44,474 nt of DNA from a virus. Every line of letters starts with the position of its first letter. The first letter of the stretch is position 1. A model generated the notes under the pieces. That model saw only the letters and a program-made list of their open reading frames with translations. It was not told the DNA's origin and did no database searches. The DNA lies in IMG/VR virus record IMGVR_UViG_3300045988_095785, positions 1 to 44,474 of that record, one strand, 5' to 3'. Below are positions 14,561 through 24,092 of this stretch, piece after piece. The translations under genes were made by a program, and so were the position numbers.

Positions 14561-15568
14561 ATGGCAATTACAACTATTGCAGATATGCAGATTGTGCCTA
14601 GTAAATTCGCACAGTATATCATCGACAGAACTACTGAAAAATCCAAATTGGTGAGAAGCGGGATTGTAACATCTGACCCCACGGTATCACAGGTAATCAG
14701 CGGAACCCCTAAAGGTGGTAATCTTATTACAATGCCTTATTACAATCCGCTGACCGGAGAAGACGAGGTGTTTGGAGAAGAGGAAATCGGGGTTGATAAG
14801 GTTACAACAGATAACGAGGTTGCTACATTGCTTATCCGTCAGAAAGCATGGGGCGATACAGATTTGTCTACAGTGTTTGGCGGCAGTGACCCGATGAGCG
14901 CCATTCTTGATTTAAGCGCTGACTGGTGGAACACGAGAGAACAGGCAATCATGTTATCTATCCTTAAAGGTATCCTTGACCCATCTAAAGGGGCATTAAA
15001 AGCGCATGTGCTGGATGTATCAGCGGCGGCGGGAACTGATTGCATCATCGGAGTGCACAACACCCTGGATGCAAAGCAGCTTATGGGTGACGCATTTGAT
15101 AAGCTGGGTATGGTTTTTATGCACTCTGCGACATATACACAGCTCCAGAAACAGCAGCAAATTGAAACAGAATACGATGCTACATTGCAGATCAAGATTG
15201 ACTATTACCTTGGATATCAGGTAATTGTGGATGATGGTATGCCATATGACAGCTCAACCAAAACTTACATGACATACTTCCTTGGCAAAGGCGTGTTTGC
15301 AAGAAATGATGGTATGCCGATGGGACTGATTGGCGTAGAGACAGACAGAAACAAGAGGAAAGCTGAGAATGTACTGATTAACCGTCGTGCACTGGTGATG
15401 CATCCGCTTGGAGTATCCTGGAATCCGGCTGCCGTACCATCCAATGGAAAGAAATATGCGAACAATGCCGATCTGGAGAAGCCTGCAAACTGGATCTTGA
15501 AGAAACAGCTTAAGAACATCCCGATTGTAGCGCTGAAACATAAAATTGAGGCAAATCCGACCGCATAA
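14561..15568 (+). CDS. major capsid protein
   Basis: 335 aa; strong RBS AAGGAGG; position after the scaffold gene. Confidence 0.8.
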   Translation: MAITTIADMQIVPSKFAQYIIDRTTEKSKLVRSGIVTSDPTVSQVISGTPKGGNLITMPYYNPLTGEDEVFGEEEIGVDKVTTDNEVATLLIRQKAWGDTDLSTVFGGSDPMSAILDLSADWWNTREQAIMLSILKGILDPSKGALKAHVLDVSAAAGTDCIIGVHNTLDAKQLMGDAFDKLGMVFMHSATYTQLQKQQQIETEYDATLQIKIDYYLGYQVIVDDGMPYDSSTKTYMTYFLGKGVFARNDGMPMGLIGVETDRNKRKAENVLINRRALVMHPLGVSWNPAAVPSNGKKYANNADLEKPANWILKKQLKNIPIVALKHKIEANPTA

Positions 15569-15581
15569 GGAGGGGGATAAC

Positions 15582-15836
15582 ATGGATGCTGTAGAAAAGT
15601 TGCGTGTGATCCTGCGGGAAAAGGATGTACCGTTTTTTACTGATGATGAACTGATTATGCAGTTAGAACGTGCCGGGAATGACATTGATATTGCGGCGTA
15701 CCATTGCCTTATTATTAAGGCAGAAGAATGCTCCTTGAATGTGTCTGGATTGTCTATAGCAGATTCACATACATACTGGCTTCGGCTTGCATCCATGTAC
15801 CGCCCGAACTGTACTACCATAAGAAAAGGCGGGTGA
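15582..15836 (+). CDS. putative head-tail connector protein
   Basis: Position and size. ATG follows AAGGAGGGGG. Confidence 0.5.
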   Translation: MDAVEKLRVILREKDVPFFTDDELIMQLERAGNDIDIAAYHCLIIKAEECSLNVSGLSIADSHTYWLRLASMYRPNCTTIRKGG

Positions 15837-15840
15837 TAGG

Positions 15841-16188
15841 ATGGCATTTGAGCTTCAGATGCATCAAATATGCAGGGTGCTGGAACGGCATGGACAGCAA
15901 TGTTCTTTTTCCCGCGAAGTTGAAAACAAATTCCATGAAAAGGCATGGGAGGAAGGATGGCTGAAATGCCGTGGCATTTTCCATGAGGCGAACGGGTTTC
16001 TGAATGTTTCGCTTGTCGAGGCCGGTAAGGTGAGGACACAAAAAGAACCGAAGCTACTGATACGGTTTACAAAAGATGTCCATAAAAACGATAAAGTCAC
16101 GGTTGGAGATAGTGCATACAAAGTGATAGGCATAGATGATTTGGGAAACCTGCATCTATGCCTTGATTTGTCCCTGGAGGCGGTCTGA
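15841..16188 (+). CDS. putative head closure / head-tail adaptor
   Basis: Position in the head-tail joining block. Confidence 0.5.
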   Translation: MAFELQMHQICRVLERHGQQCSFSREVENKFHEKAWEEGWLKCRGIFHEANGFLNVSLVEAGKVRTQKEPKLLIRFTKDVHKNDKVTVGDSAYKVIGIDDLGNLHLCLDLSLEAV

Positions 16189-16529
16189 TGTTTGACTTTG
16201 ATGAAATGTACAGAGAGCTTGGGAGAATTCCACAGAGGGCGGAGAAAGCGCTTGTAGCATATGGTAAGACCGTTGCGGCAGACCTGCAGAGAAAAGCGCA
16301 GGAGGAGAGACCCTGGACAGACAGGACAGCTCATGCCCGGCAGCGGATGAAAGGATACTGCAAAGTAACGGATACCGGCATACGGATATACCTTGCACAT
16401 GGAGTTAATTACGGTGCGCAGCTGGAATTCGGACACGAGGAAAAATATGCCATCATATATCCTACGCTTAAGAAAGAGGCACCGGCGGTCATTAAGAGCT
16501 GCTGGAAAATGATAGGGGGCATGAAATGA
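16188..16529 (+). CDS. HK97 gp10-like tail-completion family protein
   Basis: Pattern RPWTDRTAHARQ...GVNYGAQLEFG resembles the gp10 family. Gene order supports it. Confidence 0.6.
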   Translation: MFDFDEMYRELGRIPQRAEKALVAYGKTVAADLQRKAQEERPWTDRTAHARQRMKGYCKVTDTGIRIYLAHGVNYGAQLEFGHEEKYAIIYPTLKKEAPAVIKSCWKMIGGMK

Positions 16530-16879
16530 CCTGGGAAGAGATTTTTCTGCATTTGACAGGCGGAGGGTTCGACGTCTACTCGATGGGACAGCATGAAGGG
16601 AAATGCACAGATCCTTATATCGTACTCAAAAGCGAGGGGAGCCGATTAGAATACAGCGTAGAAGGACAGCGGTACAAACTGCTGTTGTATTATCCTGCGG
16701 CGAGATATAGCCAGTTTGCTGGATATATAGATGCGGTACAAGGCTGTATGAACAGTTTGTATCCTCACGTAAAATTGGTGGATGACCAGCAGCCGCATTA
16801 CCTGGATGACGATGTGGAGGCATATACAGCAGGTCTGTATTATCAGTCCCCACGGGTGAGCAAAGTAAATAGATTATAA
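16526..16879 (+). CDS. putative tail terminator / completion protein
   Basis: Gene order; ATGA overlap. Confidence 0.5.
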   Translation: MTWEEIFLHLTGGGFDVYSMGQHEGKCTDPYIVLKSEGSRLEYSVEGQRYKLLLYYPAARYSQFAGYIDAVQGCMNSLYPHVKLVDDQQPHYLDDDVEAYTAGLYYQSPRVSKVNRL

Positions 16880-16893
16880 AGGAGAGATAAGAT

Positions 16894-17463
16894 ATGGCAG
16901 GAGCAACGCCGAAAAGAGGAACAGAAAAGGCTACGATTGATTGTTGTATGATCGTAGTTACAACAAAAGAGACCACCCCGAAATGCATTGCAATCACATC
17001 CGGCACAAAGCTGGGGGTAGAACCGCAGCTTGAAACTACGGATGCAGTAAAATGCATGATTAAAGGAGTATTAAAAGCGCAGAAACCCGAGAAAAAGACA
17101 TTGACAGGGCATACGCTTACACTTACAGATAATCTGACCATCCTGGAACTTATTGAGATTTTACAGGGTGGTACGATCACAAAGGATGAACAGCAGAAGA
17201 TTACGGGGTATACGCCGCCGGTATCTGGTGAAGATTATACACCGGTAGAATTTACACTTGATGCATATTCCGCACAGATGTCCGGATCTGCGATCACAGG
17301 ATATGAGAAAACATCTTATCCGGGATGTACCGGACAGCCGGCGGGTCTGAACTCCGAAGATGATGTGTTCCGGGCAACAGAATATACCATCAATTCCAGC
17401 CCGGCGAATGGGGAACCGCCGTATACAATCGAATACGTGGACAAACTGCCGACAATCTCATAA
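16894..17463 (+). CDS. major tail protein
   Basis: 189 aa; strong RBS; immediately before the chaperone pair and tape measure gene. Confidence 0.7.
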   Translation: MAGATPKRGTEKATIDCCMIVVTTKETTPKCIAITSGTKLGVEPQLETTDAVKCMIKGVLKAQKPEKKTLTGHTLTLTDNLTILELIEILQGGTITKDEQQKITGYTPPVSGEDYTPVEFTLDAYSAQMSGSAITGYEKTSYPGCTGQPAGLNSEDDVFRATEYTINSSPANGEPPYTIEYVDKLPTIS

Positions 17464-17472
17464 GGAGGATAT

Positions 17473-17907
17473 ATGGCAACGAAAATTGAAGAGATAAAAA
17501 AGATAGCGGGAGGCTCCGAAGTGGAGCTTCCCGGTTTTACGTCAGAGTCAGAACCGCTTGTTGTTGTGCTCAAAAGGCCGTCTATCATGCAGCTTGCACA
17601 GAAGGGAGATATTCCGAACCCGTTGCTGGGCGTGGCATCTGAGCTGTTTAAAAATGGCGTTAACAAGGCAATGGATAACGGAGAGAGAATGAAAGAGTTG
17701 GGCGAAGTCCTGACCATCGTAGCAGAAGCGTCTATGGTGGAACCGAGCTACAGCGAACTGGAGGAAGCCGGTATCAACCTTACAGACCAGCAGCTCCTCT
17801 ACATATACAATTACACACAGACGGGGGTAGATTCCCTCAAAGTGTTTCGTAAAATCGAAAAATCTAAACAGGATACTAAACCTGTCGGGAAGAAGAAAGC
17901 CCAGTGA
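17473..17907 (+). CDS. tail assembly chaperone
   Basis: Acidic 144-aa protein between the major tail and tape measure genes. Confidence 0.7.
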   Translation: MATKIEEIKKIAGGSEVELPGFTSESEPLVVVLKRPSIMQLAQKGDIPNPLLGVASELFKNGVNKAMDNGERMKELGEVLTIVAEASMVEPSYSELEEAGINLTDQQLLYIYNYTQTGVDSLKVFRKIEKSKQDTKPVGKKKAQ

Positions 17908-17911
17908 GATA

Positions 17912-18055
17912 ATGGGCATAGACGATGAATATACAGCCTTCTGTTTTGACGAGGCTTGTAACTATATTTTAAACCGTATACGGGATGGAGAAACACCGGT
18001 ATATGAGGTAGAGACAAACAGCATGAGTGATTTCTACGCAAGGTTAGGAGTGTGA
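17912..18055 (+). CDS. small ORF in the tail-chaperone extension position (47 aa), +1 frame relative to 17473..17907
   Basis: ATG 17912. This frame is open from 17831 and fills the gap before the tape measure gene. Confidence 0.45.
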   Translation: MGIDDEYTAFCFDEACNYILNRIRDGETPVYEVETNSMSDFYARLGV

Positions 18056-18059
18056 TGGT

Positions 18060-21000
18060 ATGGAAGATTTTGGTGTAGCAAAAGGTTATATAGAGCTTGA
18101 TATATCGAACATGAAATCTTCGGTATCCAGCGCACAGAAAGAACTGGAGAAGATCGAGCGCAGCGGGAAACTGGCCCAGTCAGAATTTGATAAGCTGGAG
18201 GCGGTCAGTAAAGGGACCGGATCTGCTTTTGAGGAGGCCGCAAACCGGGCAAATATCCTGTCAAGATACATCTCTACGGCAAAGGATAAGACCACTGTAT
18301 ATAAAAAGGAGATAGATGGATTAAACACCATTATCAAGCAATCTGGGGAAGAACAGGCAAAGTTAAAGACCAAGATTGAGAACACGTCCAGCCAGTATGA
18401 AAAGTCAAAAGAAAAGCTCAACAGCATTTCTGATGCGTATAAAGCTGCACAGAAGGAGATAAAGACTGTTACTGATGAATACAAGGCTGCGCAGAAGGAA
18501 ATAAAGGCTGTCACTGATGAATACGGGAAGAACAGTGACGAGGCCAAAGAAGTAGCAGAAAAGCATAAAGAAGTAGCAGATAAGTATAAAGAAGTAGCAG
18601 AAAAGCATAAAGAAATCATCAGCTCATACGAGAAAGCCGCTGATGCGACAGACAAATACCGCAATGAGCTTGAACAGCTAAAATCCGAACATAACGCTCT
18701 GGATATGGAAATAGATGAGTCCAAGGAGGCAATCATAGACTTCCAAACCAAGGTAAACGAAACGGAGACATCTATATCAAATATGGCGGTACAGCTTGCA
18801 GAGGCAAAGAGCACAGCGGTGATATTCGGGCGGGAGATGCAGGACGCAGGAGACAAGATACAGGCCGCCGGTGATAAGATAAACTCCATAGGCAGTAAGC
18901 TGACCGTCGGAGTGACTACTCCCCTTGTGGGAGCTGGTGGGGCTGCTGTCAATTTCGCTCTTCAGGCAGGCGACAGCCTTGCTAAAGTATCCACTATCGC
19001 TGACGAGACAGTTTTGAGCATGGATCAGATAAGCGCGGGTGCAATGGAAGTCTCCAATGATACGGGAGTTGCTTTTGCAGACTTTAATGAGGCATTATAT
19101 CAGACTATTTCTGCCACAGGAGATACGGCAAATGCAATAGGGTATACAGAGATTGCGGCAAAGGCTGCAAAAGGCGGGTTTACGGACACTGCGACTGCGG
19201 TTGACGGACTGACCACGATCATGAACAGTTATGGTCTTTCTGGTGTGGATAATATGCAGAAAGTCTCTGATATGATGCTGATGACGCAGAACTATGGTAA
19301 GACAACATTCGGCGAATTAGCGTCCAGCATGGGGCAGGTCATTCCTATTACCTCACAGCTTGATATGAGCATAGAAGAGGTAATGTCTATCATGGCAACT
19401 CTTACTAAAAACGGTATCGGGACCAGTGAGGCGGTGACCGGACTAAAGGCGGCCCTGTCAAATATTATCAGCCCATCCACGGAGGCGGCAAAGGCGGCGG
19501 ACCTTTTGGGGCTTGATTTCTCTGCATCAGCTTTGCAATCTAAAGGGATGACAGGCGTAATGGAGGATGTAAAGGCAGCACTGCAGCAAGCATCCCCAGA
19601 ATTTGCGGAACTGTCTGAAAAAGTAGCAGTAAATAAATTAAGGCTGGCAGAACTGGAAGAGCAGGGAGAAAAAAGTTCTGACGAATACAAGAATCTCAAA
19701 AAAGAGACAAAAGGCATGGAGCAGAGCATGGAAACGCTCGCGCAGGCTGCGGATAGTCCAATCGGCGGATTTGCTACATTGTTCGGCTCTGTAGAGGGAC
19801 TTAACTCTATGATGGTCCTTACTTCTGACACAGGTGCAAAGGATATGCAGGGCGCTATGGATGCTATGAAGGGTAGCGCCGGTGCCACAGAAGAAGCATT
19901 CGATAAAATGAATAATTCCGATATGGGGAAAATCAAAAAGGAACTGAATAAGTTAAAAAACACCGGTATAGAGGTAGGTAATAAGCTTCTGCCTATGGTG
20001 ACAAAGGCTGTCGGATTTGTCGGCGATCTGGCTGAGAAGTTTAGCAAACTTTCCCCGAAAGAACAGGAGGCAATCTTAAAAGCGGCTGGCTTTGCCGCAG
20101 CCCTTGGCCCAGTTTTAAAAGTGACCGGTACAGCAACAACGGGAATCGGGAAAATGACTTCTGGCGTCGGCTCCCTGCTTGAATCATTTGGTAAATCAAA
20201 AGCGAAAGCGGATGTGCTGAAAAATGGTATGGAGGCAGTAGAAAAAGGAGCGCTGAATGCAAATTCATCCGTTGGAGGTTTTTCTGGGATACTGTCAAAA
20301 TTGGGATCTCCTTTGGGAGTGGCGGCGCTTGCTACGACTGCCATTGTGGGAGTGGGTACTGCTTTTGCGATCGCCAATGAAAAGGCTAAAAAGGCTAATC
20401 TGGAAGAACACTTCGGAACCGTAAAGCTGTCTGCTGAAGAGGTGGAAGACGTTGCAAAGAGGCTGACCACTAATGACTGGACTATGCGTCTGGATGCAGA
20501 GATAGAGGCCCGGCAGAAGCTCGAAGAGTTTGAGAGTAGTATTCAGACCGCTGTTGATGATATGAATAAGGCAGAGTGGAAAGTATCTGTAGGTATGGAA
20601 CTCACAGAGGAGGAACGCGAGAACTATAAATCATCTGTGAACAACTATGTGACCAGTGTACAGGATTACATAGAACAGCAGCATTACACTGCAAACCTTG
20701 CCATAGACGCCGTATTTGAGCCTGGAACCACATCAAACGATAATTTCAAGCAATTCTCTGATGATTTTTATAACGGCCTTTACAGCGATTTACAGGCTCT
20801 TGGGGAGAAACTGGCTGACCAGGTTAATAATGCCTGGGAAGATAATGTGATGACTGATGAAGAGATGAACGCTATCAGTCGTACCAGGGAGGAGATACAA
20901 AAAGAGCTTGATAAGATCGCGAAAGCTGAGTATCAGCTTAAATTAGAAAACATTCAGGCAAGTGCCAATACAGGAACCGGACTGACGGCGGAAAGCTTTG

Positions 21001-22832
21001 AAGCTATGCAAAAACAGCTTTCTAAAGAGATAGACAATAGAAAAAAGGATATAGAACAAAGTAAGGTAGATTTACTTCTCCCATATCAGGTGCAATTGAA
21101 TGAAGGGGAGATATCACTTCAAGAGTTTTCAGAAAAGAAACGAGAAGTTGAGCAACAAGTAAATAATGAATTCGGAGAGTTGATTGTCGATGCTGTCAAT
21201 GTCGAAATCGGAACAATTAAATCAAATTACTCTGAAGAATTAGGTAAGGCTACAAATGATTTTAAAAAGGAATTTGAAGCGTCATTCAATGATAAATTAG
21301 AAACTGTGCAATACACAGGGAATTGGGCCGGACTGTTCGACGGTATGGAAAATGAATTTAGAAGAGGCTTTGACGAGCTTGACAATAGTACAAAGAGCAA
21401 TATCAGTACAATGCTTGAAAATATGGAGCCGCAAACGGAACAATTAACTGCTATAGCTGATAAATACTTAAATGCTGGTAAAGCAGTGCCTGATTCTATA
21501 TCACAAGGCTTGCTGGATGTATATCAACTGGAAGTAATGGCGGGGAATACTGACCATTTATATGAGCTATTAGGGGCACAGATGAGTAATTCACCTGAAT
21601 TTCTGAATGTTATATCTGAAGCTGAAAGAAATGGAACATTTATACCGGAAAACATTAAAAATGGTATTTCATTATCATCTGGGCAGGTATATGATGAACA
21701 AATCAATACTTGGAGATTGCTACAGCAAGCTACAGAAGATTCTATACCAACAATTGAAACCTTGATGGCACAATGTGGGATATCCTCATCAAATCATTTG
21801 ATAAATTCCTTGATTGTAAAATCTCCAGAAGTTTATGATAGAACACTCGAATTATTATCTCAAATGGGAAATGGAACATCGCTCAAAAATAGTGAGATCC
21901 AGGAATTGATGCAAGCATTTGGAATAAATGCGTCAGATTCACTTTTGAATACGCTTGCAAACAAAGCACCTTCTGTACAAGGGAAAGCCATTGACTTATT
22001 GTCTGAAATAAAAAATGCTGATAAAGCTAAGCGGCCAGAAATTTTGGCACAATTGATGGGACTTGGGGTTGCGGTGGATGATAGCATAGGAAAAGGTTTA
22101 TATGATAATTTGAAGGTGGTAAAAGGCAAATCAGAAGACACTATTGATGTCATCAATACCTCTACAGATAAAAAAGTGGGAGAGATTACACCTCAATTTG
22201 TTGCGAGATTAAAAGCATTAGGAGTATCAGGTATCGAAGGAATGGAAGAGGTTGTGAAAGAATCTGACCTGGAGGCGCCAGATATGCAAGAGCCTGACTG
22301 GACATATGCAGCCAGTCAAGGATGGGATGGTATGCAAAACTTTTTTGATAGAAACCCTCTAACTGCGACTATGAATCTCTATACAAATAGTATAGGCAGT
22401 ATAGGCGGTCATGCGAATGGAGGATTTGTAGAAAAAGAGCAGCTCTCATGGCTTGCAGAAGGCAATCGACCGGAAGTTGTTATTCCTTTAGATACTAATA
22501 AAAGAGCGACAGCAATGAGTCTTTACGAGCAGACAGGGGTACTGCTGGGAATAGATGCATTAGAATCGGCAAGAAGGAATGAAATTATGAATGATATCTC
22601 AAAGGCAATCACGGCACAAAAAGAAAATGTAAGTGTAAACGTAAACATACCAGAGATTGACTTTAAAAGACTTGCTAAAGATATAGCTAAAGAAATTGAT
22701 TCGTCATTAAGGAGAAACCCGATTTCTCCAGTATTTGAAGTTAAAGATGGAGATGTTTACGATGTAAATTATGAGAAAATTGCCAGAAAAACTGCTCCCA
22801 CGATTTCAAGAATTATATCAAAAAAACTTTAA
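18060..22832 (+). CDS. tape measure protein (1590 aa)
   Basis: Size, coiled-coil repeats and hydrophobic central segment; position. Confidence 0.9.
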   Translation: MEDFGVAKGYIELDISNMKSSVSSAQKELEKIERSGKLAQSEFDKLEAVSKGTGSAFEEAANRANILSRYISTAKDKTTVYKKEIDGLNTIIKQSGEEQAKLKTKIENTSSQYEKSKEKLNSISDAYKAAQKEIKTVTDEYKAAQKEIKAVTDEYGKNSDEAKEVAEKHKEVADKYKEVAEKHKEIISSYEKAADATDKYRNELEQLKSEHNALDMEIDESKEAIIDFQTKVNETETSISNMAVQLAEAKSTAVIFGREMQDAGDKIQAAGDKINSIGSKLTVGVTTPLVGAGGAAVNFALQAGDSLAKVSTIADETVLSMDQISAGAMEVSNDTGVAFADFNEALYQTISATGDTANAIGYTEIAAKAAKGGFTDTATAVDGLTTIMNSYGLSGVDNMQKVSDMMLMTQNYGKTTFGELASSMGQVIPITSQLDMSIEEVMSIMATLTKNGIGTSEAVTGLKAALSNIISPSTEAAKAADLLGLDFSASALQSKGMTGVMEDVKAALQQASPEFAELSEKVAVNKLRLAELEEQGEKSSDEYKNLKKETKGMEQSMETLAQAADSPIGGFATLFGSVEGLNSMMVLTSDTGAKDMQGAMDAMKGSAGATEEAFDKMNNSDMGKIKKELNKLKNTGIEVGNKLLPMVTKAVGFVGDLAEKFSKLSPKEQEAILKAAGFAAALGPVLKVTGTATTGIGKMTSGVGSLLESFGKSKAKADVLKNGMEAVEKGALNANSSVGGFSGILSKLGSPLGVAALATTAIVGVGTAFAIANEKAKKANLEEHFGTVKLSAEEVEDVAKRLTTNDWTMRLDAEIEARQKLEEFESSIQTAVDDMNKAEWKVSVGMELTEEERENYKSSVNNYVTSVQDYIEQQHYTANLAIDAVFEPGTTSNDNFKQFSDDFYNGLYSDLQALGEKLADQVNNAWEDNVMTDEEMNAISRTREEIQKELDKIAKAEYQLKLENIQASANTGTGLTAESFEAMQKQLSKEIDNRKKDIEQSKVDLLLPYQVQLNEGEISLQEFSEKKREVEQQVNNEFGELIVDAVNVEIGTIKSNYSEELGKATNDFKKEFEASFNDKLETVQYTGNWAGLFDGMENEFRRGFDELDNSTKSNISTMLENMEPQTEQLTAIADKYLNAGKAVPDSISQGLLDVYQLEVMAGNTDHLYELLGAQMSNSPEFLNVISEAERNGTFIPENIKNGISLSSGQVYDEQINTWRLLQQATEDSIPTIETLMAQCGISSSNHLINSLIVKSPEVYDRTLELLSQMGNGTSLKNSEIQELMQAFGINASDSLLNTLANKAPSVQGKAIDLLSEIKNADKAKRPEILAQLMGLGVAVDDSIGKGLYDNLKVVKGKSEDTIDVINTSTDKKVGEITPQFVARLKALGVSGIEGMEEVVKESDLEAPDMQEPDWTYAASQGWDGMQNFFDRNPLTATMNLYTNSIGSIGGHANGGFVEKEQLSWLAEGNRPEVVIPLDTNKRATAMSLYEQTGVLLGIDALESARRNEIMNDISKAITAQKENVSVNVNIPEIDFKRLAKDIAKEIDSSLRRNPISPVFEVKDGDVYDVNYEKIARKTAPTISRIISKKL

Positions 22833-22879
22833 AAATTAATCCATGTGCGATATAATGGGCGCATGGGAGGTATAATTTT

Positions 22880-23269
22880 ATGAAAAAATGTCCAGAATGC
22901 GGAGAGATGAATGGTGATAATAATAAGTATTGCTATAAATGTAATACTTTTCTTGCTTCGGTTAGTAAGCAGAAAACTTATTGCCCAAAATGTAATCAGG
23001 TATATTATGATGAGATGATAGAAGTGTGCCCGAGTTGCGGGGGACATCTACAAGAATACAATGACGAAAGATTCGCTGATACCAGCGGATATGGCAATCA
23101 TAGTGGAATATGGATGTATGTCCTTGCAGTATTAATACCTATAGTCGGTTTTGTATTGGGATTTATTTATTTGGCCCGAAGGGATGATGATATCGGTAAA
23201 AGACTCCTTATAACATCCGTTGCCTCATTATTTATATGGGCGTTTGTTTGGCTGATGTTAGTATTTTAG
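22880..23269 (+). CDS. zinc-ribbon + two-TM membrane protein (moron)
   Basis: CPECG...CYKC...CPKC...CPSCG followed by hydrophobic helices. AT-rich, with its own TATAAT (22851-22856) and its own terminator. Confidence 0.65.
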   Translation: MKKCPECGEMNGDNNKYCYKCNTFLASVSKQKTYCPKCNQVYYDEMIEVCPSCGGHLQEYNDERFADTSGYGNHSGIWMYVLAVLIPIVGFVLGFIYLARRDDDIGKRLLITSVASLFIWAFVWLMLVF

Positions 23270-23308
23270 AATATATGTAAAATGTGAATAAAATTAATGA
23301 ACCGTGGA

Positions 23309-23341
23309 CCCCGCTTGAAAAATCAGGCGGGGTATTATTAT
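23309..23341 (+). terminator. hairpin CCCCGC/GCGGGG + U-rich tail after the moron
   Basis: Stem 23309-23314 / 23327-23332 followed by TATTATTAT. Confidence 0.5.
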
Positions 23342-23362
23342 GCCCGAAAGAAGGTGGTGCAA

Positions 23363-24082
23363 TTGATTGCTTTTAACAATAATAACGACAAGCGGATAGG
23401 CGACGAGTGCTATATAGATGGCGTAGACGTATATCGTGAGTATGCGGCGGACCTGAAGGAGTTTTATATGCTACCCGGTGCCATCACTCTTGATTATACA
23501 GAGAATACTGGAGTGAGTGCATTTAATGTATATAGCAGTGCTTTGGATGGTAAAGGTGCGGTAATGGTGTTCTATGTCTGTGGAAACTCAGAAGAAGATC
23601 TGCAGGAAAACATTTCAAATCTGCTGGTAGCCTGTAGGAAATGTGTCATACAGACAACAGCAAGCCGATTTGAATACCCTGCGATCTTGACAGAATACAG
23701 TGACGATGATACAGGCGTGGAATATTACCACCTGGTAACGATGAATTTTATTGTAATCAAAAGGCTGCCGCTTGTCACACATGAGTTAACGGGGAATGGA
23801 TCTGTAAAGAATTTGGGGAATGTGGAAAGCGGGATGCGGATGGAGATCACGCCAACAACGGCAACTTCATCTTTTAAGATAAATGGGATAACCGTAAAAA
23901 ATTTAAAGGCAAAGGAGACGTTTATTATTGATGGAATCGAAGGGAAAGTCACCGCCGGTGGCATAAACCGCTTTTTGGATACGGATATTATAGATTTTCC
24001 GAAAATAAGACCGGGTATGAATGAAATCGTTATGTCGGCAAATATGCCGGTTAAGGTTTCATTTTACCCGGTTTTTATGTGA
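23363..24082 (+). CDS. distal tail protein (Dit)
   Basis: Position after the tape measure gene. TTG 23363 follows AAGGTGG; track start 23297 lies upstream of the hairpin. The start is uncertain. Confidence 0.7.
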   Translation: MIAFNNNNDKRIGDECYIDGVDVYREYAADLKEFYMLPGAITLDYTENTGVSAFNVYSSALDGKGAVMVFYVCGNSEEDLQENISNLLVACRKCVIQTTASRFEYPAILTEYSDDDTGVEYYHLVTMNFIVIKRLPLVTHELTGNGSVKNLGNVESGMRMEITPTTATSSFKINGITVKNLKAKETFIIDGIEGKVTAGGINRFLDTDIIDFPKIRPGMNEIVMSANMPVKVSFYPVFM

Positions 24083-24092
24083 GGCGAATACC

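Noticed and set aside
18086-20470. Long minus-strand ORFs (288 aa at 18086..18952 and 392 aa at 19292..20470) antisense to the tape measure gene
   Set aside because: They lie entirely antisense to a strongly supported 1590-aa gene. Their translations are low-complexity (Ser/Ala/Phe-rich), no RBS is present, and they reflect the codon bias of the sense strand.
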